Source: Octopus sinensis (taxonomy: Eukaryota). From it: a stretch of DNA of 64,000 nucleotides. The notes under the pieces are model-generated. The model was given only the letters and a program-made list of their open reading frames with translations. It did not search any database and had not been told where the DNA came from. A program made the position numbers and the translations under genes. Of the stretch, positions 41,000-49,994 are shown piece after piece (position 1 is the stretch's first letter; each line of letters opens with the position of its first letter). Location of the stretch: the NCBI RefSeq assembly GCF_006345805.1, contig NC_043004.1:104284001-104348000 (forward strand), given 5' to 3'.

Positions 41000-41214
41000 T
41001 AATCTTTTCTATTCTAGGCACAAGGCCCGAAACTATTGGGGAAGGGTCCAGTCAATTAGATCGACCCCAGTATACAACTGGTACTTAATTTATCGACCCG
41101 CAGAGGATGAAAGGCAAAGTTGACCTCGGCAGAATTTGAACTCTTAACGTAATGGCAAATGAAATACCGCTAAGTATTTCACCCAGTGTGCTAATGATTC
41201 TGCCAGCTCACCGC
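41000..41214 (-). mobile_element. Family D SINE (Meta-domain-like), full length
   Basis: Head gcggtgagctggcagaa, B box gagttcaaattc, central gcctttcatcctctgcgggtcgataaattaagtaccag. Relatives at ~23850-24040, 40840-41000, 51725-51930 and 57985-58150. Confidence 0.8.
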
Positions 41215-41585
41215 TTGCTCCCCCATAATTTCGGGCCTTGTGCCTAGAGTAGAAAAGAATATATATGTGCATGCGTGCACACACACACACTGAGGCTACA
41301 TATATAGTCACAAGTATGACTGTGGGTTTAAGAAGTTTGCTTCTCAATGATGTGGTTTCAGAGTTAGTCCTAGCATATGGCACCTTGGGCAAACATGTTG
41401 TATAGCTCTGAGCCTATAGCAGAAGTTTGGGAGTGGATTTGTGAGATGAAAATTGAATGAATTGTGTGTGTGTTTCATATTTGCCTTGTTGCTTGCTCAT
41501 TGTAAACAATGACTTCACTAACAGTGTCATTTGCGTGCAGTCTGCTACAGAAGCACATCCAGGATTTTTGACATGTCTTGCAATA

Positions 41586-42003
41586 TTCTTTTACTCTTTT
41601 ACTCTTTTACTTGTTTCAGTCATTTGACTGCGGCCATGCTGGAGCATCACCTTTAGACGAGCAACTCAACCCCGGACTTATTCTTTTGTAAGCCCAGTAC
41701 TTATTCTATCGGTCTCTTTTGCCAAACCGCTAAGTGACGGGGACGTAAACACACCAGCATCGGTTGTCAAGCAATGCTAGGGGAACAAACGCAGACACAC
41801 AAACACACACACGCATATATATATACATATATACGACGGGCTTCTTTCAGTTTCCGTCTACCGTCTACCAAATCCACTCACAAGGCTTTGGTCAGCCCGA
41901 GGCTATAGTAGAAGACACTTGCCCAAGGTGCCATGCAATGGGACTGAACCCGGAACTATGTGGTTGGTAAACAAGCTACTTACTACACAGCCACTCCTGT
42001 GCC
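41586..42003 (-). mobile_element. Family A SINE, young full-length
   Basis: High identity to 53668-54060. Confidence 0.9.
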
Positions 42004-42386
42004 ATTGTGCAATGTTTGTAAACAAAAAAAAAAGCATGTTTCTGTATCATTTGTTTCCAGTCTTCCACATAAACATGTCTGGGCTGTTTGTTGTCTGATA
42101 TACTGGGAGATTATTATCGCACTCGGAAACTGCTGGGAGTTAGCAACAGAAAATGTATCAGACTATAAAAAACTCTTCCTCCAGCATGTTATTGTCCAAC
42201 CCAAGAGTAAATATTAAATTGGTGATGACAATAATAATGATGACGATGATGATGATGATACATGCATTTTAACATGGGTGGAATTTTACTCTTCTTATGT
42301 TAGTTAGTTAGTTAGTTAGTTAATTTGGCTCAAAAGCAAATAGCAAGGCCATGTAGGGGGACATGGAGTTAAGTACAGGGTGGTGT

Positions 42387-45182
42387 TCATGTAAAGAGTT
42401 CAGGCCACTTGAGGTCCAGGGAGGCTTTGAACAAAGCGGTCGTCGGCATCTTCACCATCTCATCTGGCAGCTTGTTCCACGGATCCGCAACCCGGACGGA
42501 GAAAGCTCCTCTCCTTCGATTGAGATGAAATCGTCGCAGGTAGAGCTTTTCGGAATGACCCCGCAGCCGACGCTCTGGAGCAGGAGTGAAGAACAGCTCT
42601 TTCGAGAGGTTACACTTCCCGCTTATGATGTTGTGGGCGAGAATGAGATCACCACGGCGGCGGCGTTTTTCAAGAGAATAAAGGTCGAGCTTCCTCAGCC
42701 TTTCTTCGTAGGACAAATTTTTGAGACCATGAACCATGCGGGTAGCCAGCTTCTGGACTCTTTCGAGGTGCTGTATGTCTTTGAGGAGATAAGGAGAAGA
42801 GGCTTGAATCCCATACTCCAATATGGGTCTCACCAGCGTGACATAGAGTGGCAGGAATATGGCTGCTGTGAGCACTCCGAATGACCGTCGAATCAAAAAC
42901 AGAATTCCGCGCGCTTTGTTGGCAGCATGGATGCACTGGGCCGAAGGCGAAAAGGAGGAATCCACCAAGATACCCAGGTCCTTTACCTGATCGGTCCTCT
43001 CCAGCAGCAGACGACCCGGCTCGAAATCAAGTTGAGTTGTAGGAGTAGAGCCGACAGGCAGATGACAGCACTTTGACACGTTCAGACACAGGTCCCAATC
43101 GTTAGACCACTTCCAAATTTGGTGGAGGCATCGACGAAGATCCTCTATACTACCGCGAGGAGCGACCAGTTTGATATCGTCGGCAAATAGAAGGGTGTGT
43201 TGCGTGAGGTCGTCGGGCAAGTCATTTATGAAGACTAAGAACAACAAGGGCCCAAGCACTGAACCTTGAGGCACGCCACTGCTCGCACTGGAGACGTCGG
43301 ACCGCGAACCATTAACTTGAACTTGGAAGGAGCGATCTGAGAGGAAGGCACCAACCCATCGTACAATATCCGGATGGAAACTATATGCTTGAAGCTTGAC
43401 AAGTAGTAGGCGGTGGTTTACCGAGTCAAAAGCTTTGGCAAAGTCCAATAAAACGATGTCAACAGCATCACTATCATCGAGGATGCGCGTCACCAATTCT
43501 TCCATTACTAGTAAGTTGGTCAAGCATGATCTCTTCGGCACGAAGCCGTGTTGGGAATCAGTGATCGAGGCTGTGCTTAGGAGGTGGAGCATCATACTTT
43601 TCTTAAGGATGGTTTCGAACATCTTGCTGATTATTGATGTAAGGGAAACCGGTCGGGAGTTAAGCGGGTCTTCGCGGCTCCCTTTCTTGAAAATTGGGCA
43701 GATTATCGCTGTTCTCCAGTCTGCAGGTATAACACCCATCGCCAATGACATATTGAATAGTCGTGTTAAGGGCTCGCAGATGACCGGAGCCAACGCTTTG
43801 ATAACCCGTGGGTGTATGCCGTCAGGGCCGTGACCCTTGTTGACATCGAGGCCTTGAATAACATGTTTGACTTGGTCCCGCGTGATGAGCAATCGAAGCA
43901 TTGGAGGTACCGATCTATCAAATGGAGGGGGTTCACGACCATCATCTTGTTTGAAAATAGTTGAAAAAGCCTCGGCAAATAATTGACTCTGTTGATAAGG
44001 GTCCTCAATCGATACGCCTATTGAGTCTACCAATGTTACAATCTGGTTGTTCAAGCGGGAATTCCGCTGGACATGGGCAAAGAAGGTTTTTGGATTGCTA
44101 CTGGCATTTGCCGCGATTTTGTATTCATAACTGAAGCGTTCTTTCTTTTCAATTTTCACGGCTCGGTCTCGTTGAGTTTTGTACACCTCAAAAGCTGCAG
44201 TCGAATCTAGATTTTTGAATTCAGCCCAAGCAATATCTCTGAGTCGACGTTCTCGTTTAACCTTCTTCGTCACCCAGGGCTTGTGTTTCTTCCTCTTGGG
44301 ATGTCCAACGGGAACTGCCTGGTCAGTCAAACAGATTACATATGCTTTGAGGGATGACCATAGTTCGTCAACTGAGGACAACGTCATCAGGGAACGCCAG
44401 TCCAGAAGCGCGGAAGCCTCGGTTAGAATTTCAAGATTAATTGCAGAGAAGACTCTACGTGGCAGCAAAGTAATCGTGGGCGTGGAAAAAGTTGTGTGCA
44501 TGACGAACTTCAGGACCGCATGATCACTCTTGGCAAGAGGGGCGCACACAGATACGTCTGACACTGATCTTGGATAGCGGGAGAATACCAGATCTAGCAT
44601 AGATGGCTGCTGCCCAGACCGATGCCTTGTCGGATATTCAACATGTTGCGATAGAAAACAATCTTCAGCCACGTCAAGAAGGGCCTGGCCAAACCGGGAA
44701 GATGTTGTACAAATTGATGCGGGCCAATCGATCATGGGAGCGTTGAAGTCGCCTAGTACCAAGCAGTCATGCGAAGCTGAAACGAATCTTATCGCCTCGA
44801 GTAGATGAGCATCGTCCTGGGGGTCGGCTAGAGGCGGCCTGTAGACAGCCAACACGGGCAGGCAAAACTCAGATAGGCTCAGCTTGCAATAGACGGCATC
44901 GAATTTGGTTGTAGGTTGAGCATTTGTGGGTAGAATACCGCAGGACGGTTTGTGCTCAGACTTAACATACACAGCAACACCTCCACCTCGCCTTTTTCCT
45001 CTGTCACATCTGAAAAGGTCGTAGCCCTGCAAGTGGATCTCTGAGTCCTTTACTGCTGGAGTCAGCCAAGTCTCGGTGATAGCTATCACATCAGGGGAGT
45101 CGCGTAGGGCCAGTGTAAATAGTTCACTGAACTTTGGGAATAAGGAGCACGAGTTGGTGTAGACGATGCTGAGCTGAGAAGT
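42387..45182 (-). CDS. LINE ORF2: APE endonuclease plus reverse transcriptase (frame open from the TAG at 45183-85; no AUG at its start)
   Basis: APE motifs YTN..SL, IAITETW, VYRPP, GDFNAP, LDLVF, SDH; RT motifs RPVSLTS, QHGF, DFAKAFD, GVPQGSVLGPLLF, FADD, DLGI; CR1-type C-terminus (LERVQK, RRRRGDLI, LRGH, WNKLP). No internal stop. Confidence 0.95.
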   Translation of the reverse strand, partial: TSQLSIVYTNSCSLFPKFSELFTLALRDSPDVIAITETWLTPAVKDSEIHLQGYDLFRCDRGKRRGGGVAVYVKSEHKPSCGILPTNAQPTTKFDAVYCKLSLSEFCLPVLAVYRPPLADPQDDAHLLEAIRFVSASHDCLVLGDFNAPMIDWPASICTTSSRFGQALLDVAEDCFLSQHVEYPTRHRSGQQPSMLDLVFSRYPRSVSDVSVCAPLAKSDHAVLKFVMHTTFSTPTITLLPRRVFSAINLEILTEASALLDWRSLMTLSSVDELWSSLKAYVICLTDQAVPVGHPKRKKHKPWVTKKVKRERRLRDIAWAEFKNLDSTAAFEVYKTQRDRAVKIEKKERFSYEYKIAANASSNPKTFFAHVQRNSRLNNQIVTLVDSIGVSIEDPYQQSQLFAEAFSTIFKQDDGREPPPFDRSVPPMLRLLITRDQVKHVIQGLDVNKGHGPDGIHPRVIKALAPVICEPLTRLFNMSLAMGVIPADWRTAIICPIFKKGSREDPLNSRPVSLTSIISKMFETILKKSMMLHLLSTASITDSQHGFVPKRSCLTNLLVMEELVTRILDDSDAVDIVLLDFAKAFDSVNHRLLLVKLQAYSFHPDIVRWVGAFLSDRSFQVQVNGSRSDVSSASSGVPQGSVLGPLLFLVFINDLPDDLTQHTLLFADDIKLVAPRGSIEDLRRCLHQIWKWSNDWDLCLNVSKCCHLPVGSTPTTQLDFEPGRLLLERTDQVKDLGILVDSSFSPSAQCIHAANKARGILFLIRRSFGVLTAAIFLPLYVTLVRPILEYGIQASSPYLLKDIQHLERVQKLATRMVHGLKNLSYEERLRKLDLYSLEKRRRRGDLILAHNIISGKCNLSKELFFTPAPERRLRGHSEKLYLRRFHLNRRRGAFSVRVADPWNKLPDEMVKMPTTALFKASLDLKWPELFT

Positions 45183-45271
45183 CTAAGGGGCGGGAGTTGG
45201 GGAACAAGCAGAATAAAGGGCATCAGAGATAGCATTGTTGACGGGGGTATCAACTTCACTTCGATTTGCCC

Positions 45272-46024
45272 TCACATCACTTTCCCTGTCAGCACTACAG
45301 CACGGGACCAGAGGTAGGACTTGATTATCTGCCCATCTTGGATTCGTAAACCCTTCTCTCCCATTTGTTTCCTCATCTTTAGCTCGGATATCAGGTTCCT
45401 CCGGCGAATTCTCTCTCTTAGTGAGTATTCCTCGCGAAAACCCATATTGGGGTCCTCCCAGGCATGCGTCTGAGCTCTGTTCAGAAAGACTGAAGCCTCC
45501 CGATCAGAAGAAAAGATTACCCTTATTGGGCGTGGTCTAGTATCTGCGGTTGAGTTCGCTTGGAATCTTCCTAGCCGAGCGACCTTAAGGACACTGACCT
45601 TTTCGTCCACAGAGAACAATTTTCCAACCAAAATGGAAACAAAATTAATGTCATCTTTTAGGCGGTTTATGCCTGTATCACAGGTGGATTCCGCTTTGCC
45701 ATATATTATTGCCGATCTTGAGTGGGCAAAAAGTTCTCTACTATGAGCTGCGGTATTCGATTCTTCGTTGGAGGATTTCGAAAGAGTGGTTTCATAGCCA
45801 TCGGACTTATGTCGGCCTGTGGGGTCGATCGGAATGGATTTAGTGGTCATAATTTTCCCGCCTGGTTTGGAACTGCACTGCCTCTTCTTCGGTTTGGGGG
45901 AGCACCACTCCCCAGATGAACCCACATCGAGATCGTTCAGAATTGGTTGAGCAATGGCATTAATGGGAAGGACAAGTGAAGGAGAATCCAAACAGATTTT
46001 ATCGTGATCAGGTTTCATAGCCAA
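45272..46024 (-). CDS. LINE ORF1 (RNA-binding/chaperone); open frame extends upstream to ~46230
   Basis: Lies upstream of ORF2; C-terminal pattern IIYG.AES...RLGR...RPRPIRVIF...RER..R..L..EL..R...GE..LRI..G.I typical of CR1-group ORF1. Confidence 0.8.
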   Translation of the reverse strand: MAMKPDHDKICLDSPSLVLPINAIAQPILNDLDVGSSGEWCSPKPKKRQCSSKPGGKIMTTKSIPIDPTGRHKSDGYETTLSKSSNEESNTAAHSRELFAHSRSAIIYGKAESTCDTGINRLKDDINFVSILVGKLFSVDEKVSVLKVARLGRFQANSTADTRPRPIRVIFSSDREASVFLNRAQTHAWEDPNMGFREEYSLRERIRRRNLISELKMRKQMGEKGLRIQDGQIIKSYLWSRAVVLTGKVM

Positions 46025-46316
46025 ATCTGCCCCTCTGGAGTTTTGACTACGTTTCTTCTTTTGGGGAGAACAACGGTCTTCAGGCGGGTTTGAGTCTACG
46101 CTCCTCGAACTAGGTTGGGGAACCTCCGGGACCGAAAAGGCAGATGAGGAAGAATCCGCACAGGAACGATCATGTGCAGGAACGACCGCCGGTTCCTTCG
46201 CCTTCTTTGGTCGCTTCGATACATCTGGGTTTTAAAACTTTTACTTTCCGTGAACACTGCTAGCAAATTGGAGCAAACACCTGTGTGCTTTTCCTAAATA
46301 CAACAATATATGTATA

Positions 46317-46535
46317 TCATTTAACTCTGATTTTTTTTTCCATACTCACATGGGTTGCACTGTTCAAGTTGAGTAGACAAGCCAGAGGGCTGCACTAAGT
46401 TCTAATGTCTGTTTTGGCATAGTGTTTACAGTTAGGGGCCCTTTCTAATAACAACCATTTTACAGAATGTACTGGGTGCTTTTTATGTGGCACCAGCACT
46501 GGTGAGATCACCAAGCATCTGAAAGGCAAGACCCT
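46317..46535 (-). mobile_element. Old RTE 3' tail copy
   Basis: Diverged reverse-complement match to 49080-49258. Confidence 0.6.
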
Positions 46536-46552
46536 CACCCACTTTCTCTCTT

Positions 46553-46585
<33 letters not shown>

Positions 46586-46644
46586 ATATATATATATATA
46601 TATATATATGTATCAGACTATAAATATATATATATCTATGAAGG

Positions 46645-48375
46645 TTGCTGAATAAAGAAAATGAATGGGATAAAGAGAGCCTGCCGAACGTTGACCCAAC
46701 AGAGGGACCAGCTATCAGGGTTGATAGTTTCTTAGTAGCTAAGGCAATTAGAAGCATAAAGACAGGGAAAGCCCCAGGCCCATCAGGTATCACTGCAGAG
46801 ATGCTCAAAATATCTGGTAGTGTCGGCTATAGCCTAGTCACCTGTATAGTTAATCAGGTGATACATGAAGGAGTCATACCCAATGACTGGTGTAGCAGCA
46901 TAATAGTCAACTGCTACAAAGGTAAAGGTGATGCCCTAGATACAAATAATTACAGAGGTATCAAGCTGTTGGATCAGGTGATGAAGGTTACAGAGAGGGT
47001 CATAAGCCAACTAATTAGAGAGAAAGTTAGTTTAGATGAGATGCAGTTTGGTTTCGTGCCAGGGAAAAGTACCACTGATGCTATATTCCTGGTAAGGCAG
47101 CTGCAGGAGAAATACCTAGCCAAAGATAAGGCCCTGTACCTGGCTTTTGTTGACATGGAGAAAGCCGTCGACAGGGTCCCCCGATCCCTCATATGGTGGT
47201 CAGTGAGGAAACTAGGAATAGAAGAATGGTTAGTGAGAGCTGTGCAAGCCATGTACAGGGACGCTGCTAGTAAGGTGAGGGTTGGAAATGAGTACAGTGA
47301 AGAATTCCGGGTAGAGGTAGGGGTCCACCAAGGCTCAGTCCTCAGCCCCCTCCTATTTATCATAGTCCTCCAGGCAATAACGGAGGAATTCAAGACAGGA
47401 TGCCCCTGGGAGCTCCTCTATGCTGATGACCTTGCTCTAATTGCTGAGTCATTATCAGAACTGGAGAAGAAGTTTCAGGTGTGGAAGCATGGTTTAGAAT
47501 CGAAGGGCCTTAGAGTCAACCTAGCTAAAACCAAAGTCCTAATAAGTAGGAAGGTAGACAAATCACAAACGCCTTCAGGTAGATGGCCCTGCTCGATCTG
47601 TAGAAAAGGTGTAGGTAGAAACTCTATAAGATGCACCAAGTGTAAGCTATGGACACATAAGAGGTGCAGCAATGTCATAGGAAGGCTAACTAGGAAGATG
47701 GCTTTTGTATGTGGCAGATGCTCGGGAGCATTAACCTCTGAAAATCTGCAGAAAACAACTTCCGTCACTTTCCAGGGGGAAAAACTAGAAGTAGTTGATA
47801 GCTTCCGTTATCTTGGTGACCAAGTCAGTAGTGGGGGTGGGTGTGCTGAAAGTGTAACGGCTAGAGTAAGAATAGCCTGGGCAAAGTTTAGGGAGCTCTT
47901 ACCTCTGTTGGTGACTAAAGGCCTCTCGCTCAGAGTAAAAGGCAGACTGTATGATGCATGTGTACGAACAGCCATGCTACATGGCAGTGAAACATGGGCC
48001 GTGACTGCTGAGGACATGCGTAAGCTCGCGAGAAATGAAGCTAGTATGCTCCGTTGGATGTGTAATGTCAGTGTTCATAGTCGACAGAGTGTAAGTACCT
48101 TGAGAGAAAAGTTGGACCTGAGAGGAATCAGATGTTGTGTGCAAGAGAGACGATTGCGCTGGTATGGTCATGTGGTGAGAATGGATGAAGATAGGTGTGT
48201 GAAAAAGTGCCACACCCTGGCAGTTGAGGGGACCTGTGGAAGAGGTAGACCCAGGAAAACCTGGGTCGAGGTGGTGAAGCACGACCTTCGAACTCTAGGT
48301 CTCACCAAGGAAATGACCAGAGACCGAGACCTATGGAAGTATGCTGTGCGTGAGAAGACCCGGCAAGACCAGTGA
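46645..48375 (+). CDS. Partial RTE ORF: reverse transcriptase with embedded PHD-like Zn finger (endonuclease lost by 5' truncation)
   Basis: KAPGPSG, NYRGIKLL, QFGF, DMEKAVD, GVHQGSVLSPLLF, YADD, FRYLG, GSETW, RRLRWYGHV, GRGRPRKTW; C-x2-C...C-x2-C-x4-H-x2-C...C-x2-C at ~47590-47722. Confidence 0.9.
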   Translation: MLNKENEWDKESLPNVDPTEGPAIRVDSFLVAKAIRSIKTGKAPGPSGITAEMLKISGSVGYSLVTCIVNQVIHEGVIPNDWCSSIIVNCYKGKGDALDTNNYRGIKLLDQVMKVTERVISQLIREKVSLDEMQFGFVPGKSTTDAIFLVRQLQEKYLAKDKALYLAFVDMEKAVDRVPRSLIWWSVRKLGIEEWLVRAVQAMYRDAASKVRVGNEYSEEFRVEVGVHQGSVLSPLLFIIVLQAITEEFKTGCPWELLYADDLALIAESLSELEKKFQVWKHGLESKGLRVNLAKTKVLISRKVDKSQTPSGRWPCSICRKGVGRNSIRCTKCKLWTHKRCSNVIGRLTRKMAFVCGRCSGALTSENLQKTTSVTFQGEKLEVVDSFRYLGDQVSSGGGCAESVTARVRIAWAKFRELLPLLVTKGLSLRVKGRLYDACVRTAMLHGSETWAVTAEDMRKLARNEASMLRWMCNVSVHSRQSVSTLREKLDLRGIRCCVQERRLRWYGHVVRMDEDRCVKKCHTLAVEGTCGRGRPRKTWVEVVKHDLRTLGLTKEMTRDRDLWKYAVREKTRQDQ

Positions 48376-48419
48376 GAACAATCAAAATCAAATCATATAT
48401 CAGAAAGCAGGGGTTAAGT

Positions 48420-49097
48420 GACCCATCCGTTCGTGTCCGCTGTCAGCCTCATCTGGCACCCGTGCCGGTGATACGTAAAAACACCATTCTCTCATGGCCG
48501 TTTGCCAGCTCTGCCTGGCCCCGTGTCGGTGGCACATAAAAGCACCATCCGTTCGTGTTCGTTGCCAGCCTCGCCTGGCCCCGTGCCGGTGACACATAAA
48601 AGCACCGTCCGTTCGTGGCCGTTTGCCAGCTCTGTCTGGCCCCGTGTCGGTGGCACGTAAAAGCACCATCCGTTCGTGGCCGTTTGCCAGCTCTGTCTGG
48701 CCCCGTGTCGGTGGCACGTAAAAGCACCATCCGTCCGTGTCCGTTGCCAGCCCCGGCTGGCCCCCGTACCGGTGACACGTAAAAGCACCGTCCGCTCGTG
48801 GCCGTTTGCCAGCTCTGTCTGGCAACCGTGTCGGTGGCACGTAAAAGCACCATCCGTCCGTGTCCGTTGCCAGCCTCGGCTGGCCCCCGTGCCGGTGACA
48901 CGTAAAAGCACCGTCCGCTCGTGGCCGTTTGCCAGCTATGTCTGGCAACCGTGTCGGTGGCATGTAAAAGCACCATCCGTTCGCGTCCGTTGCCAGCCTC
49001 GGCTGGCCCCCGTGCCGGTGACACGTAAAAACACCATCCGTTCGTGGCCATTCACCAGCTCTGTCTGGCACCTGTGCAGGTGGCACGTAAAAAACAC
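48420..49097 (+). repeat. Tandem array of 11 units of 60-62 bp, two alternating variants, in the RTE 3' UTR
   Basis: TAAAA(G/A)CACC-type anchor at 48476, 48537, 48597, 48658, 48719, 48780, 48842, 48903, 48965, 49026 and 49088. Confidence 0.95.
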
Positions 49098-49254
49098 CCA
49101 CTACACTCGCGGAGTGGTAGGCGTTAGGAAGGGCATCCAGCCGTAGAAACACTGCCAGATCTGACTGGGCCTGACGAAGCCTTCCAGCTTCACAGACCCC
49201 AGTTGACCCGTCCAACCCATGCTAGCATGGAAAGCGGACGCTAAACGATGATGA

Positions 49255-49290
<36 letters not shown>

Positions 49291-49292
49291 TA

Positions 49293-49364
<72 letters not shown>

Positions 49365-49824
49365 ATATACATTATATATGTATATATATAATGTATATGT
49401 ATATATATAATGTAGATGTATATATATAATGTATATGTATATATATAATGTTGCATATATATATACATTACACTTACACACACTTCAAATTTACTTGCCA
49501 CGCACACACACATACCTCCCTGTTTCTGATCTGCCTTTCTGACTTGCTAGGGTACCCCCACACCACTCCTTTAATTCTACTACTGCCTGCTACTAGCCAC
49601 TGTCCACCATACACACACATACACACACACGCACACACTCACACACACACCATTGTCATATCGCACACCTTTTTTACCATTCCCTCTTTGATTCAGCTCT
49701 CCTGTTTTTAAAAAACATTTTCCTCCTTTTTTACCACTTCTGTCTTTTTAGTATGTGACCTCGTGAAGACTACCTGCAATTTTTTTCCTCTGTCCTCCCG
49801 TCTCGGGATCTTTCTTTCTCCTAT

Positions 49825-49859
49825 GTTTCCGACGAAGAGCTCCGCTCGAAACGTCATAC
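49825..49859 (+). ncRNA. Minimal type I hammerhead ribozyme-like motif (U4C variant) in a probable Penelope-like 3' fragment (~49550-49950)
   Basis: GTTT-CCGACGA-a-GAGC-tcc-GCTC-GAAACGTC-ATAC: perfect stem II, palindromic ACGT stem III, GUC triplet, stem I 3/4 bp. Confidence 0.6.
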
Positions 49860-49950
49860 CATCCTTCTTCCATTTTCCTGAGCGCCTAATAATAATAATA
49901 CTGTTATTGTTGCACGTGTTGTTGTTTTTTCTGTTTTCCCGTTTGGATTA

Positions 49951-49994
<44 letters not shown>

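Larger units (their letters stand above)
42300..46300 (-). mobile_element. Near full-length CR1-group LINE with (TAAC)n tail
   Basis: Two ORFs, short 3' UTR ending in (TAAC)n at 42300-42322, sharp GC shift relative to the flanks. 5' boundary approximate. Confidence 0.92.
46638..49258 (+). mobile_element. 5'-truncated RTE-type LINE with tandem-repeat 3' UTR and (GAT)n tail, inserted in (TA)n
   Basis: RT ORF, ~880-bp 3' UTR, gatgatgat tail, TA microsatellite on both sides. Confidence 0.92.

Noticed and set aside
42363-44523. Plus-strand ORFs overlapping CR1 ORF2 (173, 145 and 114 aa)
   Set aside because: Antisense shadows of a coding region; no recognisable motifs
48420-49097. CRISPR-like appearance of regularly spaced repeats
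   Set aside because: Whole units repeat with no unique spacers, there are no cas genes, the context is eukaryotic, and the array lies in a LINE 3' UTR
49165-49205. CTGACGA followed by a short stem in the RTE tail
   Set aside because: No GAAA/stem III, so not a hammerhead
48400-49215. ORFs of 139-271 aa over the tandem array
   Set aside because: Open frames are a by-product of GC-rich stop-poor repeats; unit lengths are mostly not multiples of three
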